This document shows, in pieces, positions 28,619-38,992 of a stretch of 64,000 bases of DNA (position 1 is its first letter; each line of letters begins with the position of its first letter). A model generated the notes under the pieces. The model was not told where the DNA came from and ran no database searches. It saw only the letters and a list, made by a program, of their open reading frames with translations. Both the position numbers and the translations under genes were made by a program. Location of the stretch: IMG/VR virus record IMGVR_UViG_3300032516_000001, positions 1 through 64,000 of that record; one strand, written 5' to 3'.

Positions 28619-29491
28619 ATGAACACCAACATCGCTGAGTTTAGTTTCGACGAAAGCAAAATCGTCAAAACCAACGAAATCGAAATTTTCAAGCAAGATA
28701 AGGGCAAAAAAGATCGAGTATCGGTGGTCGTATTCAAGAAATTCCATGACATGGTCTTGACCAACAAGGCCCAAGAAGCTGGTCGGCCTCTCACCGATCA
28801 GGAAAAAGCTGAAATCATCGCCAAGGTCGATGCAAAGCTAGCTGAACAGCTCAAGAAGAAGCCAGAAGAACTAACCGAAGTCGATAGACTTGATATCAAG
28901 CGTCCCAAATTCTCTGTTGCATACGTGCATTACCGTGATGGTTTAGGATCCGTGCGCTGTCTCAGCACGTATGAAAATGGCCAATTAAGCAAACCCGAAG
29001 TCTGTTGCAAAGAAATGGGTGATGCAACTCAGACTGTTGGAACAATTATTTTGATTTATCCAGTTGACGAACATTTGCAAGCGGACATGGATTTACTCAA
29101 GCAGCATAAATATACAAGCATCCGCATGTGGAGGATGACAGCGAAGAAATTCAAGCAGACCGAGAGCACTTACGTCGGTGCCCGAGCTGAAGGCGTCCAT
29201 GTTCTCGATCTCAAGGTCTCCCTTGAGGGTGATCCGAAATTCCAGAATCAGAAAATTGAAAGTGGGAGTACGGCAGTTTGGGCTCGAGAGGGCGTAGACC
29301 CCGAGATTCGACAGTGGGCCCTGGAGCAGGGGCTCAGAAACTTCAAGCACATCTCGAAGAATCTTGGATATGAAATGGCGCGAGAAAAGCTTATCGAACG
29401 GCTCAATGCGACACCGGCTCAGGTGTCCGCAGAAGCTTCCGCGGAAACTCCACAGCTTAGCACAAATTACGACGAGCTACTTCGCGTATAG
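28619..29491 (+). CDS. Probable single-stranded DNA-binding protein
   Basis: HY....VRC..CC Zn-like motif; tail YDELLRV; next to resolvase and recA (inferred from context). Confidence 0.55.
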   Translation: MNTNIAEFSFDESKIVKTNEIEIFKQDKGKKDRVSVVVFKKFHDMVLTNKAQEAGRPLTDQEKAEIIAKVDAKLAEQLKKKPEELTEVDRLDIKRPKFSVAYVHYRDGLGSVRCLSTYENGQLSKPEVCCKEMGDATQTVGTIILIYPVDEHLQADMDLLKQHKYTSIRMWRMTAKKFKQTESTYVGARAEGVHVLDLKVSLEGDPKFQNQKIESGSTAVWAREGVDPEIRQWALEQGLRNFKHISKNLGYEMAREKLIERLNATPAQVSAEASAETPQLSTNYDELLRV

Positions 29492-29514
29492 CGGCTTCAT
29501 AGGACCGATTCAGT

Positions 29515-30465
29515 GTGAATAAATACTGGACGATCTATTGTCATACGCACATTGAATCGGGACGTCGTTACATAGGTTTGACTGCACAGACGTGGCAGAA
29601 GCGCTGGAAAAACCACGTCTGTGCAGCTAATTCCGCTAGGGGTGGGCGTTGGCATTTTCCTAACGCCATTCGTAAATATGGAAAAGATGCATTTAGTCAT
29701 GAAATACTAGAAGTTTGTACAATATTGGAAAAAGCAAACGCAGCTGAAATCAAGTGGATTGAATTTTATAAGACTCGGGATCCTCAATTTGGATTTAACT
29801 TAGCAAAAGGTGGGGATCACATACCGTCCGAAATTCGGAAGAATCCTTGGAATGATCCTGAATTTCGAGCTAGAGCCTGTTTAGCGGCCAAAGCTAAGTG
29901 GCAGGATCCTAAATATCGTGCAGCTAACTTGGCCATTAGTAGAGCTAGGCTAGCAAAAGCGACTAAGATTGCGTCGTTGAATAAGGTACAAAGTAGACCG
30001 GAGGTAAAACAGCAATTATCCGAGATTATGAAACGTGTGGCTGCCACGCCAGAAGGCCACGCTCAACGAATCGCAGCGGCGCACCCTGGCAAAATTTTAA
30101 CTGCTGAACATCGCGCAAAAATATCAGCTAATGATGCTTCAAAAAGACCAGAAGTAGCAGCAAAGATATCTATCAGTAGTAAAGCGGCGTGGTCTGATTC
30201 TGAAAAACGCAAGCGTATGACGTTAGCATAGGTTGGTAAGAAACTAAGTCCTGAAACTATAGCCAAAATGATTGCTGCAAATACCGGACGTAAATTATCT
30301 GATGAAGCAAAACTTAAGATTTCCGAGGCGTTGACAGGGAGACCGAGACAAACGCATTGTCAAAGAGGGCATGCCATGGAAGGAAATAACATTCTCATTA
30401 CAGGTAATAGACACAGGTGTAGAATGTGCAGGAACATGAGACAAAGACATAGACGAATTAAATAA
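29515..30465 (+). mobile_element. Free-standing GIY-YIG endonuclease, copy 2, with in-frame TAG at 30229-30231
   Basis: Same N-terminal domain; after TAG the frame continues VGKKLSPETIAKMIAANTGRKLS..CQRGH..CRMC, like the C-terminus of copy 3. Confidence 0.85.
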
Positions 30466-30477
30466 TATTAGTTTAAT

Positions 30478-31182
30478 ATGATATCAATTGGTTTCGATCC
30501 GAGTTTACGCTCTTATGGTTGGGCTGTCATAAATACTGACGCTATACGTCCATCAGATAAATTGATAGCGTCGGGTCATGAAGGTACACTGGCATCTATT
30601 GTTCCTGTTGTTCGGTTTATCCATTTTCGCACTTTGGTTGCGTCATTACTCAAACGATTCAATGTAGATGTAGTAGGAATTGAGAGCCCGGCATATGGCG
30701 GCGGGGCTTTTTCAGAACGACATTATGGCCTCATGCTCTATTCACTTGAAGCCATATTCGAAGCACGGAAAGACTGCGTGTTATTTGATCCAGCGACATT
30801 AAAATTTCTTGTTGGGAAAGGATCAGCCACAAAGACAGATGTGCAACGCTATGTTCAACTCGATACTATGAATACCAAAGTCATTAATAATGATGAAGCT
30901 GATAGCTATTGTATTGCGAAGTTTGCCTCTAGATTTGTGGATACTAAAATTGGTAGAATTCGACCAGAAGATTTAACCGCTAGTGAACGACGTGTCTTCG
31001 TGGAACGCACGAGGAAGATTAAGACAACCAGCGGAGAAAAGATAACAAAACGCATCGCTCACATATTTCGAGAAAACAATAGATATTTCGAATTCAGTCG
31101 GGTTCCAATAGGTAACATAGACCTGCCCGAAAAAGCCAAGATCAATGCTGAGCTACTCAGCTGGTTAGAGTCCACTGATTGA
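30478..31182 (+). CDS. RuvC-like Holliday junction resolvase
   Basis: IGFDPSL..GWAV..GIESP..LKFLVGKGSATK..NNDEADS. Confidence 0.85.
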   Translation: MISIGFDPSLRSYGWAVINTDAIRPSDKLIASGHEGTLASIVPVVRFIHFRTLVASLLKRFNVDVVGIESPAYGGGAFSERHYGLMLYSLEAIFEARKDCVLFDPATLKFLVGKGSATKTDVQRYVQLDTMNTKVINNDEADSYCIAKFASRFVDTKIGRIRPEDLTASERRVFVERTRKIKTTSGEKITKRIAHIFRENNRYFEFSRVPIGNIDLPEKAKINAELLSWLESTD

Positions 31183-31205
31183 GTGTACTATTGAACGGGT
31201 GAACA

Positions 31206-32504
31206 ATGGCAAGTGAAACTGGGTATCATCCAAAACTCCAGAGATTCCGTTCTTCCATTGATGGTCGGAGTAATATACGAGACGTCTTCGTCACTCCTTC
31301 TTTGCATCAAGAGTGCATTAATACTGGTAGCACCGTATTAAATATGCTCATTGGCGGGTCGCGTTTGCCATCGGGCGAATTTGTTTGCCCTGGGTGGCCG
31401 CGAGGAAAAATTATTGAAATATTCGGCCGAGAAAGTTCTGGTAAATCCACTATCGCGCTTACGGCAATGGGTCAAGCTCTATTTAATGGCGGAGCAGAAG
31501 ATGGCTGTGGATTATATGTAGATCTAGAGTGCGCGGTTCAGGATTTTTACTCTATCAAATTAGGAACCGATTTCAGGTCACCTGAAACTGGTGGACATGG
31601 AAGAGCGGTGCGTGCTCAACCTCATACATTTGAAGAGACCGAAACCCTGGTGATGACAGCAGCATTGAATGGAGTCGATCTCGTAGTTATCGATTCTGTG
31701 GCTGGATTGATATCTGGGCGTGAGATTAAACGCGACTTATCAGATGCCGAGCAGAAGCAAGCTGTAGCGGAAGTCCCGAGGTTGATGTCGAATTGGATGC
31801 CCAAATTACAGAGTGTGATATCGCGAACTAAAAGCACGGTTATATTTCTGAATCAAACTCGAGATAAAATTGGGGCCAAGGGTTATACTGAGGAAACTCT
31901 CAAAAGCACAACTGGGGGTAATGCGCTAAAGTTTTGGGCTGCTATTCGCATAATATTGAAACCTAGATCTTCAACTAAGGCTAAGATTTTCAATCCGATA
32001 ACTCGTCAGCAGGAAGACGTTCAGATTGCAACTGAAATCGAGTGCAAGATCATCAAGAATAAGATTGATGCTAAGCAGGGTCACTCAGGGCTGATTACTG
32101 TTAGGTATGGAGTTGGAATCGACGAACTCCGTACTATGCTGAATGTGGGAGAAGCATACAAAGTCATTAAGAAGACCGGCAGTTGGTATGTATTCGAATC
32201 TCCAAATACAGGAGGGGTAATCAAAGCGGCTGGCATGGAAAAATTCAGACTAATGCTTCAAAAAGATGAAGCAATGCTAGCCGACTTCTTATCTATTTGC
32301 ACCGATCATGTTGTTCAGGGATATCGATTGATTGATGAAGATACTCTATCAAATTTAGCTGAACATGCTGTAACTAAACATGAAAAAGACGATGAAGATG
32401 AGGAGGATAGTAGTTCACCTGAAGAAAGAGATGCGACTCAAGAGGAAATAGAGGAGGCTGGTGTAGCGGTTTCAACCCCGAACATTGACGCGTCGGACGT
32501 GTGA
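31206..32504 (+). CDS. recA: RecA/UvsX-like recombinase
   Basis: GWPRGKIIEIFGRESSGKST, VIDSVA, FLNQ.R, TTGGNALKF, IKNK. Confidence 0.95.
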   Translation: MASETGYHPKLQRFRSSIDGRSNIRDVFVTPSLHQECINTGSTVLNMLIGGSRLPSGEFVCPGWPRGKIIEIFGRESSGKSTIALTAMGQALFNGGAEDGCGLYVDLECAVQDFYSIKLGTDFRSPETGGHGRAVRAQPHTFEETETLVMTAALNGVDLVVIDSVAGLISGREIKRDLSDAEQKQAVAEVPRLMSNWMPKLQSVISRTKSTVIFLNQTRDKIGAKGYTEETLKSTTGGNALKFWAAIRIILKPRSSTKAKIFNPITRQQEDVQIATEIECKIIKNKIDAKQGHSGLITVRYGVGIDELRTMLNVGEAYKVIKKTGSWYVFESPNTGGVIKAAGMEKFRLMLQKDEAMLADFLSICTDHVVQGYRLIDEDTLSNLAEHAVTKHEKDDEDEEDSSSPEERDATQEEIEEAGVAVSTPNIDASDV

Positions 32505-32568
32505 ACCATCAATTGGTTTCATAATCATAACTGGGGTAATTAATATAACTTTTATACACCATTTTAAT

Positions 32569-34338
32569 ATGGTATCATTCGGCGAAAAATTTTGGGGACT
32601 TCAACTAATTTCAAAAGTTGAAGTTACAAATGGGTCACATCAAAAACTAGTATGGGTTTGTAATTGTGGAAGGGAAACAAATATAGAAGTAAAAAGGGTA
32701 ACACATGGAGGTGCTAAATCGTGTGGAAGATGTAATGAAATATCAAAAGAGGAGATGACTGGACGTAAATTTGGGCATTTACAAATGAAGAATCCAGAAG
32801 CAATACTTCCTGGATCAGGGAAAAATATAACATGGATTTGTGATTGCGGTAGAGAAACAGAAACTAAAATATGTTTAGTAATTAACGGTAATACTAAATC
32901 GTGTGGAAGATGTAATGAAATATCAAAAGAGGAGATGACTGGACGTAAGTTCGGCAAACTTCAAATAAAAGTTCCTGAAACGATAAAACCAGGTTCCCAT
33001 ACAAGAACAACTTGGATCTGTGATTGTGGTAGAGAAACAATTGTTGAAATAAAACTGGTAACATCCGGAAATACTAAATCATGTGGTAGGTGTAACGAAG
33101 TATCAAAAGAGGAGATGTCTAAAAGGAAATTTGGACATCTCAGAATGAAAGATCCAGACACAGTTCTTCTTGGGTCAAATAAAAAGAAAATTTGGATTTG
33201 TGATTGTGGGCAAGAAATAAAAAGAGGAATTTTTAGTGTTACTTCTGGTAACACTAAATCATGTGGTTTTTGTTATTCCAAGGCCTTTTCATGGTGGGAT
33301 GAAAATAGAGAAATTATAAGATCCCTAAGGTGCCCAATCGATCCGGCCAATGTGCCAGATGGTTTTATTGTTCTCCAAACTATTAAGAATACGAAATCGA
33401 GATTTCTGTCTATATGCCCAGCATGTGGTGACAAACATTCATCAAAATGGGGGGATATAAGACAAGGTAGAGGTATTACGTGCGGATGTACTTATAATGG
33501 GTCTTCTCTAAATTCCGGAATAGTATCCTTTATTCGTTCCTTTGGGTTATCTGTAGTTACAGAATATAAGGTTGATGGGTTAAAGTATGATGTTTTTGTT
33601 CCGGATAAAAATTTATTGATAGAGATGAATGGTTTAAAATGGCACTCTGCTGATGGAGCAAAACAAAGAGATACTCAAAAATTTAAGAATGCGATCGAAT
33701 CTGGATATCAATTCATGATGATATTTGAAGATGAATGGAAAACAGGACGAATTAAAAATACGATAGTGAAATCCATTGGGGTAGATTGTTCAATTTCGAC
33801 TCGCCCCTCGAAATGTCTTTTAAAACAGATAAACACTATTGAAGCGAATCGATTTTACGATAAATTTCATTACATAGGTAAATGTAATCCGACTAATAAT
33901 TATGGGGCATTTTTCAATGATAAGTTAATTGCATGTATATCATTTGGAAGACCAACAAGACAAAATTCAAAATTTGAATATGAATTGCTTAGAATGGCAT
34001 CCGACCCAATTTGTAGAATACACGGAATCTGGACAAAGTTATTATCAGTATTCATAAAAGATAAATCTCCATTTTCCATAGTTTCTTTCTCGGATAATCG
34101 CCTATTTTCAGGTGATGTTTATACAAAAATGGGTTTTATTTTAAATGGTCTGGTAAAACCAGATTACTATTGGACTAACGGGTATAAAAGATTTCATAAA
34201 TCAACCATGAGGAAAAAAGAGAGCGAAAAGAACACCGGTATGACGGAAACAGAAATTAGAAAGTTACAAGGATACGATAAGATATGGGATTTAGGAAAAA
34301 AACGGTGGGCGTATGGCTCTTTCTCCGATCAAAATTAG
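32569..34338 (+). CDS. Multidomain endonuclease: CDCG repeats, PD-(D/E)XK (DUF559/Vsr-like) domain, GNAT/Mom-like C-terminal domain
   Basis: Four W.CDCG..TKSCG repeats; YDVFVPDKNLLIEMNGLKWH..EDEW; HYIG..ELLR..IVSFSD..G.VY..MGF. Confidence 0.75.
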   Translation: MVSFGEKFWGLQLISKVEVTNGSHQKLVWVCNCGRETNIEVKRVTHGGAKSCGRCNEISKEEMTGRKFGHLQMKNPEAILPGSGKNITWICDCGRETETKICLVINGNTKSCGRCNEISKEEMTGRKFGKLQIKVPETIKPGSHTRTTWICDCGRETIVEIKLVTSGNTKSCGRCNEVSKEEMSKRKFGHLRMKDPDTVLLGSNKKKIWICDCGQEIKRGIFSVTSGNTKSCGFCYSKAFSWWDENREIIRSLRCPIDPANVPDGFIVLQTIKNTKSRFLSICPACGDKHSSKWGDIRQGRGITCGCTYNGSSLNSGIVSFIRSFGLSVVTEYKVDGLKYDVFVPDKNLLIEMNGLKWHSADGAKQRDTQKFKNAIESGYQFMMIFEDEWKTGRIKNTIVKSIGVDCSISTRPSKCLLKQINTIEANRFYDKFHYIGKCNPTNNYGAFFNDKLIACISFGRPTRQNSKFEYELLRMASDPICRIHGIWTKLLSVFIKDKSPFSIVSFSDNRLFSGDVYTKMGFILNGLVKPDYYWTNGYKRFHKSTMRKKESEKNTGMTETEIRKLQGYDKIWDLGKKRWAYGSFSDQN

Positions 34339-35491
34339 GATTTCCAGTTTCCAATCAATTGACGAAGTGGAGTTTGATATCTATGGTTTTACTTGTATTA
34401 CTGGAATTACAAACATAGGCAAATCGAGTATCATCAGAGCCATATCTGGAGCACTAACGAATGTTCCTGTAGGTGCCCTAGTTAGAAAAGGAGCAAAATA
34501 CTGTTCAGTAACGATAGATACTAAGGATTGGGGTATCACATGGGAAAAGGGAGAACGTGGCGTAAATAGATACCACATCAGAGGGAAGGATGCTCCTCTT
34601 GACAAAGTCGGCGGCGGTCAGATTGAAGAAATATCAAATTACGGATTTAACTCCATAAAGGTTGGATCGGACCAAGTATACCCGTGGCTAGCGTCCCAAT
34701 TCAAACCACTGTTCTTATTAGACCAATCCGGTCCAGCAATTACTGATTTTATTTCTGAAGTATCCCATCTACAAGTTCTCCAAAATGCGATATCAATCAA
34801 CATCAAGAGTCGCAAAAAATCATTGGATGAGGCCAAAGTCAGGACTGAAAATGTTCAAAAATTGCAAATAAAAGAACAATCACTGGCTAAATGTGATGTC
34901 ATAATCCAGATCCGGAATGAATTAGAAGAACAGGCAGCATCTATCAAAAAATATGAAGAAAGGATATCAACTGGTGAACAAATCGATGATGCATTACATC
35001 AAACGAATACTAGATTGAACCGGATTGAAGGCATCGAAAGACTTGAAATTCCAAACTCCGTATCCACAGAAGAATATTCAACCATCATCAACATGTATAA
35101 TCATTGGCTCGCCCTTGAACAAGCGGCTCGCCGAGTTATTACGCTACGTGAAGTATCATCGGTGTCCATACCATCAGACACCTCAAGCGAGGAAATCGAA
35201 TCGTTGATTGCTATTGAAATACTGGCAATTCGTATTCATGAACTCAATAGGTTGGTTTCGATATTATCCAAGCACATATCAATCCCCAGGTTCAGGGAGA
35301 CCTTTCCTGAGGTTTTGAAGATGGAAAGCATACTCACCCGTCTGAATACTATCAAGGCCGAGGAAAAGGCCTTCTCGAGCCAGCTCGGGGTTATTTCTGA
35401 TGAGTTGTCTGAAGTGGAAGACGAAATATCGCAAATTCCGCTCTGCCCGTCCTGTTCAAGACCGGCAGTTCCATCCCACACTCACGCATAA
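34313..35491 (+). CDS. SbcC/Rad50-like ATPase, N-terminal half only
   Basis: FQS..ITGITNIGKSSIIRAI Walker A, Q-loop-like SQF..FLL, coiled coil, ends at Zn hook CPSC. Confidence 0.8.
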   Translation: MALSPIKIRISSFQSIDEVEFDIYGFTCITGITNIGKSSIIRAISGALTNVPVGALVRKGAKYCSVTIDTKDWGITWEKGERGVNRYHIRGKDAPLDKVGGGQIEEISNYGFNSIKVGSDQVYPWLASQFKPLFLLDQSGPAITDFISEVSHLQVLQNAISINIKSRKKSLDEAKVRTENVQKLQIKEQSLAKCDVIIQIRNELEEQAASIKKYEERISTGEQIDDALHQTNTRLNRIEGIERLEIPNSVSTEEYSTIINMYNHWLALEQAARRVITLREVSSVSIPSDTSSEEIESLIAIEILAIRIHELNRLVSILSKHISIPRFRETFPEVLKMESILTRLNTIKAEEKAFSSQLGVISDELSEVEDEISQIPLCPSCSRPAVPSHTHA

Positions 35492-35495
35492 TATC

Positions 35496-35978
35496 CTACT
35501 TATCGTCAGCTTTTTCGGCTGGTTCTTCAACCGGTTTCTCTTCAGCTGGTTCTTTAGGCTCTGTGTCCTTTTTGGGTTCAACTGGGCTCGCGCTTGCGCT
35601 CGCGCTCAACTCATCCTCGCTGCCACCCATGAATTTCTTGGCCAACTTGTAAACAAACCCAGACGCCCAACCAACTATAGCGCCATAGAATATTCCACCC
35701 AATCTCGTCGGAGCAAATTCGGGCCAGAAGGTTTTTTCTGCAAAAGCCCCGATCATGGCGCCAAGAACGATAGGAAAGACGTAGAGAATGATGTCATTCC
35801 ACCATTCAGCAAATTTATTTGCATAGACTGCTTTGTCCGTAGTTTTGATTCGCTTTTTCAGACTTGGAAAAATCTTTTCGACAATTAACCTAAGAACATA
35901 GACGAATACGCCAATGCTCAATGCAAAGAAAACGGTCTTCAGATTCCATAACTGCTGGAGTACTTGATCAATATTCAT
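35496..35978 (-). CDS. Membrane protein, holin-like
   Basis: Three hydrophobic helices and a charged C-terminal tail. Confidence 0.6.
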   Translation of the reverse strand: MNIDQVLQQLWNLKTVFFALSIGVFVYVLRLIVEKIFPSLKKRIKTTDKAVYANKFAEWWNDIILYVFPIVLGAMIGAFAEKTFWPEFAPTRLGGIFYGAIVGWASGFVYKLAKKFMGGSEDELSASASASPVEPKKDTEPKEPAEEKPVEEPAEKADDK

Positions 35979-35996
35979 CTTGTTTCCTCTACTGAA

Positions 35997-36590
35997 TTAA
36001 GAGTTTAGTTTTTGGAATTTCCTCCTGATGAGGGCAGACACCATAGTGGATTCCTTATTTATTTCTTCTCGAACTTCTCGTATCATATTATTATACCAGG
36101 TTTCAATCGATTTTCGGAAAGGCCAACACCAAAAATAAGATGACGATGTGAACTGTCTTATGATATGCTCTTTGTATTCATTATTCACATATTTATCGCC
36201 CAATAATTCAAGTGCGGCTTTTGTCCCTTCTCTATATCCGGCCTTTTCGAATTTCATTCTGAAATATGCTAATCCAATCGGGAAAAATACAAATAGGTAT
36301 AAAAATATATAAAGAGGGAAAGTATATTTTTTGAACTGTCTTATGTGAACAACTTCGTGTCTAATAGTTATGATTCTTGAGTTATCTGATTTAGTTTCCC
36401 ACGAATCCGGAACACATATCTTCGATCCTATTGTCGTAGTATAATTATCCATGAACTCTTTTATTTGTCCGAAGCTGATGATTTTAAGTATGACGTCAAT
36501 AACCTTCATCAGCCAACTATCACGTTTCCTTATGACAGCGAAAGATGGAATCTCTTCTCGGACCTTTTCGATGTATTCATCGTAATTCAT
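35997..36590 (-). CDS. Zincin-like metallopeptidase with TM segment
   Basis: TTIG..IRHEVVHIRQ..FEKAGY. Confidence 0.7.
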   Translation of the reverse strand: MNYDEYIEKVREEIPSFAVIRKRDSWLMKVIDVILKIISFGQIKEFMDNYTTTIGSKICVPDSWETKSDNSRIITIRHEVVHIRQFKKYTFPLYIFLYLFVFFPIGLAYFRMKFEKAGYREGTKAALELLGDKYVNNEYKEHIIRQFTSSSYFWCWPFRKSIETWYNNMIREVREEINKESTMVSALIRRKFQKLNS

Positions 36591-36621
36591 ATAATAATGC
36601 AGCATTAATATTGTAATCAAT

Positions 36622-36936
36622 ATGCAACCGATTGATTGGAATTTGGTACCTGACGATGGGACGATGATTCTATTGACTATTCCTGACTTATTAGATGATA
36701 TTTCATTACAAATGGCAGATTTCAAAGATGACTATGCACTGGTTTTTAAGAAGACAGGCAGCTATTTGGGACTAACTTTATCTCGGGGGGTCAGACTGGG
36801 CAAAGGGCCGGCTAGAATGATTAATGGAATCTGGTATATAGACGAAGATCCGTATTTGCAGAAAGTATATACCGACATAGACCTCGATCCAGAACTCGTT
36901 GATCTAAAGCTAATTAAATTAAATGAAATGAAATGA
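36622..36936 (+). CDS. Hypothetical protein
   Basis: ORF only. Confidence 0.55.
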   Translation: MQPIDWNLVPDDGTMILLTIPDLLDDISLQMADFKDDYALVFKKTGSYLGLTLSRGVRLGKGPARMINGIWYIDEDPYLQKVYTDIDLDPELVDLKLIKLNEMK

Positions 36937-37031
36937 AGTTATGATGTCTTAATATATCAAGAGTTTAATTAAAAAGCGTGATGTTAAACTACACGAGGTG
37001 AACTCTGTCATGAATGACATCGGAGGGTGAA

Positions 37032-37415
37032 ATGGCTGATATTGATGGACTCCACTTATTAGTTGATGGACAAGTTGAAGATACTTCAGTCTTTGCCCAA
37101 GACAATATAGACCAGTTACTAAGACGTTTAGTCATCGACTTAGATATGGAGTTACTTCTTGAACCTCAGTTTAAAGAAGTGGCATTGAATCCGGCAGAAC
37201 TTGAGAAGGATGGGTTCTCCGATGATGGTGGCCTTTCAGCATTTTGCATGATTTCAACTAGCCACATATCAATTCATGTATGGCCATTACGAGCTGTATT
37301 TATGGCCGATATTTTTAGCTGCAAGAAGTTCGATGCTCCAAAGGCTCAAAGAACCGTCATAGAGTTCCTGCACCCAACTAGCCTAAAAATTCAGTCTATA
37401 TCTCGTTCCCCGTAA
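37032..37415 (+). CDS. speD: SpeD/AdoMetDC-like pyruvoyl-dependent decarboxylase
   Basis: GLHLLVD..GGLS..ISTSHISIHVWP..DIFSCK.FD. Confidence 0.85.
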   Translation: MADIDGLHLLVDGQVEDTSVFAQDNIDQLLRRLVIDLDMELLLEPQFKEVALNPAELEKDGFSDDGGLSAFCMISTSHISIHVWPLRAVFMADIFSCKKFDAPKAQRTVIEFLHPTSLKIQSISRSP

Positions 37416-37444
37416 ATCTATCCATTGTTCACGTATTCCGGGGT

Positions 37445-38155
37445 ATGAGAACCCCGGAACCAACGGAATCGATCCTACAACCGAGTCACCCGTCGTACGG
37501 ATGTACTCAGGCTTGGTTCGTATTCGGTGTCTTGAACCCGGCAGGGGATATCACCAGGGTCTTGATCGTCGAAGCCAAGAACATCTGGGCTGTTCAAACG
37601 CTGGAGCGAGTGTCCAACAAGGATAACAGGGTCAATGACCACTGCGAACTCATGACCGTCGGTAGGCAGTGCGCCAGCCTTGGCACTCGCTCAGATAGAG
37701 CAGTCGAAGTGTCATATGTCGACTTCCTCATCGATATCGTCGAACCTCACCGGCTTGTCGAAGATCATTACATCGCAACGACATTCGATCGGTCCCTGAC
37801 TGATGCCGATCGAGCATATGCAGCTAAAAAACTGGAAGCATTGGAGAAGCAATCCCGGGTACCGGAGCAGGTACCGGAGCAATCTATCCCTGACCTGACC
37901 GAGGCTGAGTTGGAAGCGCTCTACGATGAAGATGCCAAGCAGCAGGCCGAGCAGTCAGCCGCACCGGTAATGAATAAGTTCCTCAGTGATCATTATTCGA
38001 TTCAGACGTCGTCTACTCATCATAGAGTGACTGCGGCTCTGCTCGACTTGGGCTTCAAGAAGCAGCAAATCGGCCAAGTCATGGGTGAAATTGATGCTAG
38101 CGGAACAGTAGAGAATACAGTCAAATTGGCACTACAGCAACTCAACGTGAGGTAG
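37445..38155 (+). CDS. Hypothetical protein with C-terminal RuvA domain III-like module
   Basis: Ends VTAALLDLGFKKQQI...TVENTVKLALQQL. Confidence 0.7.
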   Translation: MRTPEPTESILQPSHPSYGCTQAWFVFGVLNPAGDITRVLIVEAKNIWAVQTLERVSNKDNRVNDHCELMTVGRQCASLGTRSDRAVEVSYVDFLIDIVEPHRLVEDHYIATTFDRSLTDADRAYAAKKLEALEKQSRVPEQVPEQSIPDLTEAELEALYDEDAKQQAEQSAAPVMNKFLSDHYSIQTSSTHHRVTAALLDLGFKKQQIGQVMGEIDASGTVENTVKLALQQLNVR

Positions 38156-38157
38156 AT

Positions 38158-38502
38158 ATGGTTTGGGTATGCTCAGCATGTGGACTCGAGAATTCCATCG
38201 ACACGTTCCGGTGTAAGGAATGTGGAATGGAATACGGAAAGCATCAAAATAGTAGAATTAGCATCAAACTCCAATCCATGCGCAAGGTTGGCCAACAAGA
38301 AATCCACTATGGCATGCCAGAAGTTCATTACGATATGCCAGAGCCAATTGATATTTCCAAAATCAATTGGGACCGTCCAGTCGAACCGGCTATTGGACAG
38401 GTATCCCCAATTAAAATGACTTTATTTCCGCTTCCGATCAAAATTGCATCATTGGTTGCCTTTGCGTGTATGATTTTTAGTATCTTATTGATGCTAGTGT
38501 AG
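38158..38502 (+). CDS. Zn-finger membrane protein
   Basis: WVCSACG.EN....CKECG (RanBP2-like) and C-terminal TM helix. Confidence 0.65.
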   Translation: MVWVCSACGLENSIDTFRCKECGMEYGKHQNSRISIKLQSMRKVGQQEIHYGMPEVHYDMPEPIDISKINWDRPVEPAIGQVSPIKMTLFPLPIKIASLVAFACMIFSILLMLV

Positions 38503-38503
38503 T

Positions 38504-38992
38504 ATGACGACCGTAATCATAGGATATGGCCCTCTTTCGGAGGTACACCCGTATATTCCAGAATTTATAATTCTGCAAACCGACGATAATATCATTAAAC
38601 TTGGACAAGATCAACAGAGAGTCAATTTAACTCCGAAGACCCTGGATGACTTGATAGCAAGCAAACAAGTGAAGTTATTTGACGGAAGTGCAGAATATTA
38701 CTCAGATCAATGGATAGCTATTGAATGCGATGCACCAATTATACTGGCTAGATTCCCACTAGCTGAGAATCAAAAATGGGCAGTCGGGCGGGCTTCTAAG
38801 TTAATTGAAGAATCTTTTGCATTTAGCCACAAGGAGCCACTAAAAGCCATATCAGTCCTACAGATTGCCGCTGGACTGTGTAAGATAGAATTGTCTAAAT
38901 TAGTTCAAGCTTTAGAAGCTAAACGTAAGGATCCCTCGGAAAAATTAGAAACCATCTTGCTAAGAATCAAATCAGAACTATCGAAGAACTAG
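38504..38992 (+). CDS. Hypothetical protein
   Basis: ORF only. Confidence 0.6.
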   Translation: MTTVIIGYGPLSEVHPYIPEFIILQTDDNIIKLGQDQQRVNLTPKTLDDLIASKQVKLFDGSAEYYSDQWIAIECDAPIILARFPLAENQKWAVGRASKLIEESFAFSHKEPLKAISVLQIAAGLCKIELSKLVQALEAKRKDPSEKLETILLRIKSELSKN

